Positions 1 through 8,394 of a stretch of 24,000 nt of DNA are shown here, one piece after another. Source of the stretch: Nitrospirota bacterium (lineage in GTDB: Bacteria; Nitrospirota; UBA9217); assembly GCA_013334545.1 (NCBI GenBank), contig JAAXXJ010000007.1, positions 3,319 to 27,318 on the forward strand, written 5' to 3'. A program made the translations under genes and the position numbers. Numbering within the stretch: the first letter of the stretch is position 1; each line of letters opens with the position of its first letter. Below the pieces are notes generated by a model, which was not told where the DNA came from, searched no databases, and saw nothing but the letters and a program-made list of their open reading frames with translations.

Positions 1-84
1 GGAGAACTTCTCCACCACGAAGCCGAAGGCCATGATGGAGATGCTCGTCCGTATCCACGCCAGGAATGTCCGCTCGTTCGCCAT
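1..84 (-). CDS. DUF202 (YidH-like) membrane protein, N-terminal 28 codons; gene continues off the left edge
   Basis: The reverse complement of 1-84 reads [31 protein letters not shown]. The [10 protein letters not shown] stretch followed by a hydrophobic helix is the hallmark N-terminus of the DUF202 family. The ORF is open to the window edge and absent from the ORF track because it is truncated. Confidence 0.6.
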   Translation of the reverse strand, partial: MANERTFLAWIRTSISIMAFGFVVEKFS

Positions 85-153
85 GTGAACACGGCGGTCC
101 CGTGCTTTGGTCGTTGAAATATCCCTCACGGGACCTTCCCTCACGTTCCTCTC

Positions 154-741
154 CTATCCTTCGATCAGCTTGAACATCCCGCTCCGGATCAGCTTGACCG
201 CGATGGCGGCGAGGAGGAGCGCCGCGACCTTGGCAAAAGCGCGCGTGCCGCCGATGCCCATGAATTTGATGATGCGCTCGGCCTGGGCGAAAATGAGCCA
301 GGCAAGCAGGATGTTGGCGATCAGCGAAAGGATGACCGGCGTATACCCGTAGCTCCCCACGAGCACCAGCGTGGTGGTGAGGGTGGCGGGGCCGGCGATG
401 AGGGGCGTGCCGAAGGGCACGACGCCGAAGGTAGGGGAAGCGGCGTGCTTCTTCTCGGCCGCCTGGACGATGTCCTGGATGGCGATGATCAGGAGCACGA
501 TGCCGCCGGCGATCATGAAATCCTCGACCATGATGCCGAGCGCCCGAAACACCGCCCTTCCCAGAAAGACGAACCCGATGGTCACGAGGAACGCCGTGAT
601 GATGGACTGGCGGATGATGGTCCGGCGCTCGTGCTTCTTGATGCCTTCGGTCATCGCCACGAAGAGCGGGAGCGTCGCCGGCGCGTCCAGCGCGACCATG
701 ATGGGAATGAGGCAGACCAAGAAATCGTTCAGCAGTTCCAT
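154..741 (-). CDS. marC: MarC family (UPF0056) integral membrane protein
   Basis: 195-aa ORF that is hydrophobic throughout, with about 6 TM segments. Size and layout are typical of the MarC/UPF0056 family (N-terminal ...LIPIMVALDAPATLPLF..., central charged loop, C-terminal ...PLIAGPATLTT...). ATG start; it lies downstream of the terminator at 829-878, so it is probably transcribed separately. Confidence 0.75.
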   Translation of the reverse strand: MELLNDFLVCLIPIMVALDAPATLPLFVAMTEGIKKHERRTIIRQSIITAFLVTIGFVFLGRAVFRALGIMVEDFMIAGGIVLLIIAIQDIVQAAEKKHAASPTFGVVPFGTPLIAGPATLTTTLVLVGSYGYTPVILSLIANILLAWLIFAQAERIIKFMGIGGTRAFAKVAALLLAAIAVKLIRSGMFKLIEG

Positions 742-828
742 GGATCGTGTCCTGGTGAAGAGGGGAGATAGGGTATGGAGAGAAGTATATCGGATGGCGG
801 CCGTTCTGTCCAGCCGGATGCGCCGGCA

Positions 829-878
829 TCAAAAAAGAAAAGGGCCGCTTGCCTTCGGGAGGCGGCCCGTGTTGTTTC
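829..878 (-). terminator. Rho-independent terminator ending the cytochrome/radical-SAM operon
   Basis: The minus strand reads GGGCCGC-ctcccgaaggcaa-GCGGCCC followed by TTTTCTTTTTT. The 7-bp GC stem is at 872-878 / 842-848 and the T-run corresponds to plus-strand 831-841. It sits 46 nt after the stop at 924. Confidence 0.75.
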
Positions 879-923
879 AAGGTGTGCTCGTTGGTCCATA
901 CCTGCCACCATGGTTCGCGCAGG

Positions 924-2426
924 TCAGACCTTGATCTTTTCCAGCATCTGATGGATCTCCTTCGGCATGACGCCCCTCATGGTCTTGGCGAGGTACGAAC
1001 TGGTGGCTATGATGTGGACCACCTTGATCATGAACTCTCTTTTTCTCGGGCTCATGGCATCGAGGGTGTTCATCTTGTGCATGTAGAAATCCCGTGCCGC
1101 CATGCCGAGCTCCTTTGCCACCTCCTCCAGGGTCATGTTCTTTGGCTTGACGACCGGTTCGACAAGGTTATACCTGCGGTAATCAAAGACCGCCACGTGC
1201 TCCCTGAGCGTGGGGTAGATCTCGGAATAGGGCCAGGGCGCGATCGCCAGAAAGAATGCGAGGTCGGGATTATAGAACTTGGCCAGTTCCACGGTCTTCC
1301 GCATTCCTTCCGCTGTATCATCGGGCATACCGAGCACAAAGGATGTTTCGGAAACGATGTCGTGGGCATTGATCAGATCAATAGCCCGCTTGGACTCCTC
1401 AACCTTGATGTTCTTGTTGAACAGGTCGAGCATCGCCTGATCCGTGGCCTCGACGCCCACGTAGATATGATCGACATGGGCTTTTTTATACTTCTCCATG
1501 ATATCCTCGTCACGGAGGATATCATCAACGCGGGTTTCCATAAGGATCCTGGTGCCCAGGTCCCGCTCGATCAACAGGTCGAGGATCCTTTCCCATCGCT
1601 TGCGGTCAAGCGTCGGCGTCTCGTCGGCGAACATGACCACGTTCACACCGTACCTGCCCCGCAGGTGTTCGAGCTCCGCAACGACGTTCTCGGGGCTCCG
1701 GCCCCGCCAGTTCCTCTGCCAGAACAGCTGCTGGGAGCAGAAGCTGCACCGCTGACTGCATCCGCGCGAGGTGCTGACAATGGCCAGCACCGAGTGCTCC
1801 ATGGGCTTGTACGTATAGATCGGCCAGTCCACGAGGTCCCATGCCATGGGCAGGCTGTCCAGGTCTTTGATGAAAGGCCGGGGAGGCGTGACGCTGACAG
1901 AGCCATTCCGGGCAAAAGCGATGGACCGCACCGAGGAGGGATCGCCATCGTTGGATATACAGTTGATGAGATCGACGACCGTTTCCTCGCCTTCACCCAT
2001 GACGATGTAGTCAACGGGATTGCCCTTCGCCGTCAGGATCTCGTCATAACAGTAGGTCGGGTGCACATTCCCGATGATGGTAATGATCCGGGGATCGATC
2101 TCTTTGGCCAGGGTGAGGACCTTGAGGGCATCCACGATCTCAGCGGTAAAAGCCGTGGTCCCTACCACATCAGGCTTCTCTGCTTCGATCCTCCTGCGGA
2201 TGTCATCATAGGTGTGCCAGTGGCTCATGGCATCGTATATGACCGGCTCATATCCGGCTGCCCGAAGGCTGCCCGCAAGATAGACAAAGGCGACATTCAT
2301 CCATACGCCCGCCGATTCAACAACACCGGAATGGTAGGGCGGGGTGATGAGCAGTATTTTCTTTATTCGATTTGTCATGCAATCCTTCTGTAAATACCCG
2401 ATGCTGTTTCTTGTGAGGCTGTTCAT
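924..2426 (-). CDS. B12-binding domain radical SAM protein (class B rSAM, DUF4070-like C-terminus)
   Basis: 500-aa ORF. The N-terminal Rossmann-like segment KKILLITPPYH...VGTTAFTAEI...IIGNVHPT fits a cobalamin-binding domain. The radical SAM cluster motif is present as STSRGCSQRCSFCSQ (CX4CX2C). The ATG at 2426 overlaps the upstream stop as ATGA. An alternative ATG at 2378 (MTNRIKKILLI...) is preceded by GAAGGA. Confidence 0.85.
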   Translation of the reverse strand: MNSLTRNSIGYLQKDCMTNRIKKILLITPPYHSGVVESAGVWMNVAFVYLAGSLRAAGYEPVIYDAMSHWHTYDDIRRRIEAEKPDVVGTTAFTAEIVDALKVLTLAKEIDPRIITIIGNVHPTYCYDEILTAKGNPVDYIVMGEGEETVVDLINCISNDGDPSSVRSIAFARNGSVSVTPPRPFIKDLDSLPMAWDLVDWPIYTYKPMEHSVLAIVSTSRGCSQRCSFCSQQLFWQRNWRGRSPENVVAELEHLRGRYGVNVVMFADETPTLDRKRWERILDLLIERDLGTRILMETRVDDILRDEDIMEKYKKAHVDHIYVGVEATDQAMLDLFNKNIKVEESKRAIDLINAHDIVSETSFVLGMPDDTAEGMRKTVELAKFYNPDLAFFLAIAPWPYSEIYPTLREHVAVFDYRRYNLVEPVVKPKNMTLEEVAKELGMAARDFYMHKMNTLDAMSPRKREFMIKVVHIIATSSYLAKTMRGVMPKEIHQMLEKIKV

Positions 2427-2770
2427 TTGTACACCATGACATATTGCCAGAAGATGCCGGCGCTGAATACCGCAGACAGCAGGAGATGCTTGATAACGAG
2501 CATGCGTTTTCTCAGCTTTTCGGCATCATCTCCGTAAATATTTCCCACATAGGAGTAGGTGAACATCCTTCCGGCGCCTGCGGCAAGCACCGTCGTGACA
2601 CAGACGAGACCGATAAAGAAGAATTGTTCCTTGAGGCCGAAGAGCAGTCCACCGATGCCTTTTTCCTGTTCTATGCGGTGCACCCAGTACACGGCCAATA
2701 CCGAAGCGGCCCAGCATCCGGCGGCAAAGTCGTGGAGAAATCCGATGAATATGGTAAAGGCCTTTTTCAT
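2423..2770 (-). CDS. small integral membrane protein, unknown function (about 3 TM)
   Basis: ORF 2423-2809. I prefer the ATG at 2770 (MKKAFTIFIGFLHDFAAGCWAASVLAVYW...); the longer form starts at a TTG at 2809. It has three hydrophobic segments and I recognise no family. Its stop overlaps the rSAM start (ATGA), implying translational coupling. Confidence 0.55.
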   Translation of the reverse strand: MKKAFTIFIGFLHDFAAGCWAASVLAVYWVHRIEQEKGIGGLLFGLKEQFFFIGLVCVTTVLAAGAGRMFTYSYVGNIYGDDAEKLRKRMLVIKHLLLSAVFSAGIFWQYVMVYK

Positions 2771-2839
2771 GCACTCGTTCGTTGGAGCGCTCGTTCGTAA
2801 CGGTTTCAACCCGTGATCCGAGAAGCGGGCCGTTGGAGC

Positions 2840-3322
2840 TCAACGTTGTGTATCAGTACCTTCCTGGTCCAGGAAAATATTTTCAAGCACCTTCACCTTC
2901 ATTACTTTCCAGGCGGCCCCAACCCTCACGCATTCATACTGAAGTTTCATTGCAGCCTGAATGATCTGACCGGGATTGCCGCCCGGTTTCAGAGGACGGT
3001 CATAATATCGCCATTGCTCCATGGTTTCAATGAGTTGGGAATCGGGACCGGTTGTCTGGGCGCTCACGATTTCAAGGCGTTCGAGCGTGGCTTCCAGCAC
3101 TAGGCCGCTGCCCCTTTTCGTTGTTACCAGCACGCCGACAATGCGCGCCTCCCGTTCGCCTGCAACATCAGCGAGCCTGGCCGTATCTCCTGTCCTGTGC
3201 GCCATAATGACGGCGCTGTTGTAGGAACGAACGATCTTTAAAGGGTCATCGGCTCGCGTGCAGGCAAAGTCTGCCAGGACAAACGCCGCACTGATCAGAA
3301 TGAATGTCCTGAGCTTAATCAA
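2840..3322 (-). CDS. secreted or lipoprotein of unknown function (160 aa)
   Basis: A TTG start directly abuts the ccsA stop (TAATTG). The N-terminus MIKLRTFILISAAFVLADFAC|TRADD looks like a signal peptide ending in Cys. The rest is soluble with mixed alpha/beta character and no motif I can name. The next in-frame Met is at codon 40 and would remove the signal peptide. Confidence 0.55.
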   Translation of the reverse strand: MIKLRTFILISAAFVLADFACTRADDPLKIVRSYNSAVIMAHRTGDTARLADVAGEREARIVGVLVTTKRGSGLVLEATLERLEIVSAQTTGPDSQLIETMEQWRYYDRPLKPGGNPGQIIQAAMKLQYECVRVGAAWKVMKVKVLENIFLDQEGTDTQR

Positions 3323-4144
3323 TTATCGACCTACCATGTAGGAATTATGAATCGTCGGAACCAGCAAGGTGACGATATACAACACCATGATCGCGAAACC
3401 GAACGCGACAAGCGTGAGATAGGCCATAGGGCGTCCGGACCAGCGATGGATAACCCGTAAGTGCAGGATTACGCCGAAGGCGATCCAGGCCGCCAGAGAA
3501 CTCGTTTCTATGGGATCCCAGGCCCAGTATCTCCCCCACGATTGGTGCGCCCAAAGCGATCCTGCCGCGATCATCACCCCGAGAAAGAAGAACGATACCA
3601 ACAGGAACTGGTGGCTGTAGCGGTCAAGTTTCTCTGCAGAAGGCAGCATGGACAGTCTCCGGTCTGCGCCCCTTTTTATCAGGTAGGCGACAGCGCAACC
3701 GGCAGCAAGCACGATCGTTGCAGCGAAGGCTTTTGCAAATCCGATATGCAGCAAAAGCCAGTAGGACTTGAATATGATGGGAACTTCATACTTGAGACCA
3801 TAGGCGCTGACCGCCCATCCCATGAGAAGAAACACCGCGGGCAGCACCATGGCTCCCAAGCCTTTCAACTCTTTTCTAGCCTGAACCACCCCGACAAACA
3901 TTGCAACCAGGACGAATGCGTTCGCGGACAGGACTTCGTAGCGGCTGCTGTACGGCCCGTGTCCCACCTCGACCCATCTCATTCCGAGCGAAACCGCGTG
4001 CGGGACAAGGGCCAGGAGGGTCAATCTGAAACCCCAGGCGCCGGCCAATTCCCGCTTAAATGCCGCCCAGATAAAAAAACTTGCCGTGGCGAGCGCATAC
4101 AGGGTCACGGCGGTCCAAAAAGAAATCGATTGGGCTATCATCAT
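3323..4144 (-). CDS. ccsA: cytochrome c biogenesis System II heme-handling protein CcsA/ResC
   Basis: 273-aa polytopic membrane protein carrying the tryptophan-rich WWD signature (LWAHQSWGRYWAWDPIETSS) and flanking conserved His residues (VPHAVS..., ILHLRVIH). It lies directly downstream of resB. Start is ATGATG at 4144/4141 after GAGAGGA. Confidence 0.9.
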   Translation of the reverse strand: MMIAQSISFWTAVTLYALATASFFIWAAFKRELAGAWGFRLTLLALVPHAVSLGMRWVEVGHGPYSSRYEVLSANAFVLVAMFVGVVQARKELKGLGAMVLPAVFLLMGWAVSAYGLKYEVPIIFKSYWLLLHIGFAKAFAATIVLAAGCAVAYLIKRGADRRLSMLPSAEKLDRYSHQFLLVSFFFLGVMIAAGSLWAHQSWGRYWAWDPIETSSLAAWIAFGVILHLRVIHRWSGRPMAYLTLVAFGFAIMVLYIVTLLVPTIHNSYMVGR

Positions 4145-4207
4145 TCCTCTCTCATGCGGTGCAGCTTGAACTCAGCGCAATGACGTACTATGAATGCCGG
4201 TACATTA

Positions 4208-5446
4208 TCAGGTTTTACGGTTCTTAAAGCGATACCAGTCATCTGCAAGATTATTCTCATCCTGCGTAAGGTATATCCGCATTGTTCCGGTCGTGTCTTC
4301 CTCAGCGGCAATTCCCGCAGGAATCAGCATGACAGCAGTGCCCGCCACTAAAAGCACGAAACCGAAGAATACCATTGAAACACCGGGGGATCGAGAATAG
4401 GTAAAGCCAGCCCAGTGGCTCAAGGAAACAATTCTTGCTGTCTTGCCACCGAATGCGAAGGGCCGGCCAAGCGTTAGTTCCGTTTTCACTTCTTCCCGAA
4501 GGTGATAAACGCGGAGCTTGCCGGTCCCGAGCGGATCGCTGATATCACGCTCAGCGTCAACGGAAAAGAGTATTGATCCTCCAGAGGGGTCTTTGAACTC
4601 ACCTGCCGATCGTCTTAGTGATTCCTGTCTGAGATGAAGGCTGCGCAGACCCAACCCTTGAATCTCGACATTCAGTGCAAGGCCGAAAGGGATGGCTTGA
4701 TAGATCGATACTCCATTGATGCTCACACCCTCGGATCGGTCCAAAATGGTCCGCTGCTCGCTGTCTTGCGTTCGGATCACCACCGTGCTCGCCCGGTCGG
4801 GCGCATAACCCTCCTGGTGGAGATAGGGATCGAACTGTTCAAGAGCGAGCTGAATAGGGGGTAGAGCAGATGCGGCGAAGAGGCCTGCATTCCGGTCGAA
4901 AATCACGCCGCGATCGGACAAGCGGACAATTTCACCTTCACCGATCTCGAACGAACCGGCATCATGATAGGCCTGTTGCACCAGTATTCCCAAAATCAGC
5001 AGCACGAGCCCGACATGGAAGAGCCAGCCCCTGGTCAGCGCGAAGCGGTTTCTAAAATAGGGTGGGCTGCTTTTCGTGCGGAAACCCTGTTCTTTCAGAA
5101 ACGTGGTGAAATCGCGTTCCGTTTTGACTGCTAGAACTTTTCCGCGCTGGGGGATGTTTCCCTTTAGGAGCGTCCATGCACGGCCCGTACGTTCGATCGT
5201 GCAGGCGAGGGTATTTGCGAGGAGCAAAAAAACGGCGACCAGGAACGGCGCCGAGCTGAATGGCCGGTCAAGACCGGCTGCCAGGGCCCAGCTCGGGGCT
5301 TTTACGGATCGATCAAGGTTCCAGGGAAGCCAGGAGACCACGCCGATGAAGGTCGCCAGAATGATGAGAATTGAGAGAGCAAGGCGCGGCGAAGAAAGGA
5401 AGCTCCCAATCCTTTTCCGCCGCGCCTGATCGTCCATTAACGTCAT
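4208..5446 (-). CDS. resB: cytochrome c biogenesis System II protein ResB/CcsB
   Basis: ORF 4208-5452 (TTG); I prefer the ATG at 5446. It has an N-terminal basic stretch then a TM (RRKRIGSFLSSPRLALSILIILATF...), a second TM pair, a large soluble (periplasmic) domain and a C-terminal TM (VFFGFVLLVAGTAVMLIPAG). This is the ResB topology, and the gene pairs with ccsA. It starts 7-13 nt after the cytochrome stop. Confidence 0.8.
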   Translation of the reverse strand: MTLMDDQARRKRIGSFLSSPRLALSILIILATFIGVVSWLPWNLDRSVKAPSWALAAGLDRPFSSAPFLVAVFLLLANTLACTIERTGRAWTLLKGNIPQRGKVLAVKTERDFTTFLKEQGFRTKSSPPYFRNRFALTRGWLFHVGLVLLILGILVQQAYHDAGSFEIGEGEIVRLSDRGVIFDRNAGLFAASALPPIQLALEQFDPYLHQEGYAPDRASTVVIRTQDSEQRTILDRSEGVSINGVSIYQAIPFGLALNVEIQGLGLRSLHLRQESLRRSAGEFKDPSGGSILFSVDAERDISDPLGTGKLRVYHLREEVKTELTLGRPFAFGGKTARIVSLSHWAGFTYSRSPGVSMVFFGFVLLVAGTAVMLIPAGIAAEEDTTGTMRIYLTQDENNLADDWYRFKNRKT

Positions 5447-5459
5447 GCCCAATGATACG

Positions 5460-7940
5460 TCAGTGGCCCGAGCCGTTGCAGCCGCAATTACTTCGGGTCC
5501 AGTTTGTCGTATTATTCGCCGGATAGCTATTTATGTACAGCCTGTCGCCAGTGGCCGCTCTCATGTAGGGCGCGGAATTCACCGCTGTCGGAGGAGGAAC
5601 TCCCGCGCCCCGGCCAGCCGCAGAATGGAGAAGTCCTGGATGTTCACTGCCATGCGGTATCATGACGTGGCATTTCGAGCAGGCGATACTGTGGTCGCCG
5701 CGCGAGTGTTCCGGGAAACGGCCATTGCCGTCGTTGTTTGCGTGGCAGTTCAAGCAGAAGGTCCCTGCTGGCATCCATGCATTATTCGACAAACTCGCTA
5801 TTGTGGCATTCCATGTTGTGTTCGGGCCCTTCAGGATGAAGTTAGCGGCCGAACCATGCGGTCCGTTCGGATCCGTGATTGTATCCGAAGCGTGGCAATC
5901 TGAACAGGTCATGAAGCTCGATGTTGTCCAAGGTGCGATAATATTGTTTGTTCTACCGAGGTTATTCGTGGCTGCAGCCAAAACAGGATGGAATGAACCG
6001 GCTGTCTCGCCGCTTGCCCAAGCACCTGCATAGCTGCCGACATTATTCGGATTGAACTCCCGTGCCACGTCGGTCATGGCATAACTGCCGGATGGGGAGG
6101 TGGTGTTGTACGTTCCCGAATACACGGTATGGCACTTGAAGCACAGGGTCGCCTCAGGATCGGTACCGGAAACGATCGTTTTCTGCGTAAAGTTACCCGC
6201 TGTGGGCGCAATCCAGAAGCCCGGGTATGTTGTGAATGCAGCGCCGGTGGCTCCATTCAGAACTCCTCCCGCGGCATTTGTCTGCGCAGTATGGTTGCCT
6301 GCCTTGGCCTGGTGTGCACTATGGCAGTCACTGCATTTCTCGGAACTGTGCTTTCTCGTTTTTCCGAACTGCGTCTGGATATTGCTGGTCGCGCCGTTAG
6401 CCACCGTGGTCCCATGACAGTTGTAGCAGAAGTTACCCGCGTTCGTGGCAAGATATGCAGCGATCGTTGTATCGTAGGTGAACCGCATCATCTTATATTG
6501 GCCGGAGCCGTGGGCATTCGCAGTGCCTGCATTGCCATGACACGCCAGGCAGCCACCATATACACCATTCACACTATGCGCCTGCTGCGCCGCTGTCCAG
6601 CCGATGTTCGCGGGAGACGTGTTGTCTCCGGCCACACTAAAGGGTGAAAGCGCGTTGCCGCCGAGCCTAGTTGCTCCCGTGCCGTCGTGACAGCTGGAGC
6701 AGACCTGTTCTATCCCTGCAGGCGTGGTTGCGACATAGTTCCCCGGCGTTTTGGGGTCTCTCAACTGAACATTCGGCGATGCAGGTGCGCCTGCCGGATG
6801 TCCAAAATCGGTCACCAAGTCGCCATGGCAGACTGCGCAGGCATCTCTGTTCACGATCTCCGCCGTCGTTCCATCGGTCACATGGTGGTAGGTCTTTACG
6901 AAATCTCCGCTCGATCCGGTTACGACCCTGCGTCCATTCCGGGAAGAGCGGTGACAGGAGACGCAGTCTCCCGCCTGGCCATGGCAGAGCGTATTGTTGA
7001 AGCATCCCGGATTAGCTCCCGGTGGAAGTGGAGCATAGACAGGAGTCGGTGGATTTCCCAAGTGACAAAGCCCGCAAGCCGGGGCATTGGTCTCATCAGT
7101 CGTTGGGTGTTTCCTTGTCGACGTCGACTGCCACGGGAAGGCGTGGGGAGAATCCACTCCGGCGCCATGACAGCCGCCCGTGTTCAGGCAGGTGGGCGCA
7201 ATACCAGCACCGGCGAAATTATCCCCGTGGCAGCCCTGGCAGGAACTGAAGCCTGTCGCGGCCTTTGCGGCTGCTCCGTGAGCAGCAGGGTCGTTCCAGC
7301 CGGGAGCGTGCCCTACCTGGCCGTGGCAAAGGGTATTATTGAAGCAGCCCGGCGTCCCGGCTACAAGATTCGTTGGAACGGGGACCGACGTCAAGTTGGC
7401 ACCAAGTGCATGACAATCGGCGCAAACTGCTGCATTTCCTGTATTCGTGTCTGTATGCGTTCGTGCACTGCCCGCACTTGTACGCCAAGGCGTCGGCGAA
7501 TGCGGAGAATCGACCGTCGCGCCATGACAGCCGGCCGTGTTCAAACAAGTGATCGCGAAGCCTCCGGAAAAATCCGCTCCATGGCAGTGCCCGCAGTCGG
7601 CGAATCCCGTGCTTGAGGAGGGGGCTGCTTTCGCTTCAGCTCCATGCTGTGCTGGATCGTTCCAGCCTGCAGGATGCGCATGGCAGGATATACCATTAAA
7701 GGAAGCTGAATAACAGCTTACCCCGGATATGCCGCCCGTAAGGTCGGAACCGTGGCATTCTGTGCACTGGCTCGCGTCCGAGAGAAATACCGCCGGGTGG
7801 TCCGCGACCCAGTTGTCAGGGTGCTTCCCTGTTTTGGAATCAAATATCGCGCCGCCCTTGCGCGCATCGGTGCAAGCGCCGGCCAGCAGCAACAGCCCGA
7901 TGCTCAGGGTGAAGCCAATTCGCACGCTTATCGATGACAT
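5460..7940 (-). CDS. large multiheme c-type cytochrome, probable lipoprotein (15 CXXCH plus 4 CX5CH plus 1 CX9CH)
   Basis: ORF 5460-7949 (GTG); the ATG at 7940 is preceded by GAGAGGTG. Signal peptide: ...TLSIGLLLLAGAC|TDARK. I counted 15 CXXCH motifs by eye: CTECH, CGHCH, CADCH, CQGCH, CGLCH, CVSCH, CAVCH, CSSCH, CLACH, CYNCH, CSDCH, CFKCH, CSDCH, CLNCH, CSKCH. Also present are CLNTAGCH, CFNNTLCH (twice), CLNTGGCH and CYSASFNGISCH. The remaining sequence is Gly/Ala/Thr/Asn-rich and not hydrophobic. Confidence 0.9.
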   Translation of the reverse strand: MSSISVRIGFTLSIGLLLLAGACTDARKGGAIFDSKTGKHPDNWVADHPAVFLSDASQCTECHGSDLTGGISGVSCYSASFNGISCHAHPAGWNDPAQHGAEAKAAPSSSTGFADCGHCHGADFSGGFAITCLNTAGCHGATVDSPHSPTPWRTSAGSARTHTDTNTGNAAVCADCHALGANLTSVPVPTNLVAGTPGCFNNTLCHGQVGHAPGWNDPAAHGAAAKAATGFSSCQGCHGDNFAGAGIAPTCLNTGGCHGAGVDSPHAFPWQSTSTRKHPTTDETNAPACGLCHLGNPPTPVYAPLPPGANPGCFNNTLCHGQAGDCVSCHRSSRNGRRVVTGSSGDFVKTYHHVTDGTTAEIVNRDACAVCHGDLVTDFGHPAGAPASPNVQLRDPKTPGNYVATTPAGIEQVCSSCHDGTGATRLGGNALSPFSVAGDNTSPANIGWTAAQQAHSVNGVYGGCLACHGNAGTANAHGSGQYKMMRFTYDTTIAAYLATNAGNFCYNCHGTTVANGATSNIQTQFGKTRKHSSEKCSDCHSAHQAKAGNHTAQTNAAGGVLNGATGAAFTTYPGFWIAPTAGNFTQKTIVSGTDPEATLCFKCHTVYSGTYNTTSPSGSYAMTDVAREFNPNNVGSYAGAWASGETAGSFHPVLAAATNNLGRTNNIIAPWTTSSFMTCSDCHASDTITDPNGPHGSAANFILKGPNTTWNATIASLSNNAWMPAGTFCLNCHANNDGNGRFPEHSRGDHSIACSKCHVMIPHGSEHPGLLHSAAGRGAGVPPPTAVNSAPYMRAATGDRLYINSYPANNTTNWTRSNCGCNGSGH

Positions 7941-8371
7941 GTTCTGCACCTCTCATTGTTCTGATACCCGTGGCAGGGGAAGCAGGACGCGGGGTCCAGC
8001 TTGCCGTCGATCTTGTGCTGGTTCAGGTAATCCCCACGGTGCGGCATCGTTCTCTGCGGGGCATCCTTGTACTTATCACTGGGCTTCAGCTCTTCCTTGT
8101 TCGCGTGGCAGTCCGCGCAGAAGGCCTGCGTGTGGCAGAGCTCGCAGGTCCGCTTCTGCTGGGCGGCCGAGAACTGGTGCCGGCTGGCCCAGTTCTCCCG
8201 GTGGTCCATGGAGGTGCGCCAGTCGGTGTGGCAGTTGCTGCAGACCGGCATGCCCTGCACCTCCATGGGGTGCTTCGCCGGGAGGCTCTGCGTGGTCGCG
8301 CAGGCGAACAGGATGCCGGCGATCATCATTGCCATACTGCCGAGGATCAGGGTCTTTGCTGTTCCGCTCAT
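7928..8371 (-). CDS. small pentaheme c-type cytochrome, probable lipoprotein
   Basis: 147 aa. Signal peptide MSGTAKTLILGSMAMMIAGILFAC|ATTQS. Five CXXCH motifs (CSNCH, CELCH, CADCH, CFPCH, CRTCH) fall within about 120 mature residues. ATG at 8371 after AGGAGAGG. The 3' end overlaps the next cytochrome start by 13 nt. Confidence 0.9.
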   Translation of the reverse strand: MSGTAKTLILGSMAMMIAGILFACATTQSLPAKHPMEVQGMPVCSNCHTDWRTSMDHRENWASRHQFSAAQQKRTCELCHTQAFCADCHANKEELKPSDKYKDAPQRTMPHRGDYLNQHKIDGKLDPASCFPCHGYQNNERCRTCHR

Positions 8372-8394
8372 GGCCTCTCCTGAATGGTGCTGCC

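Noticed and set aside
97-134. 8-bp stem (GTCCCGTG / CACGGGAC) between the MarC stop and the DUF202 start as a terminator
   Set aside because: The loop is 22 nt and no T-run follows on the minus strand. It is not convincing as an intrinsic terminator and may simply be an intercistronic structure.
849-2393. 514-aa plus-strand ORF antisense to the radical SAM gene
   Set aside because: It lies entirely opposite a gene with unambiguous B12/rSAM motifs. Its translation is Arg/His/Gly/Asp-rich with no recognisable domain. This is typical high-GC shadow-ORF behaviour.
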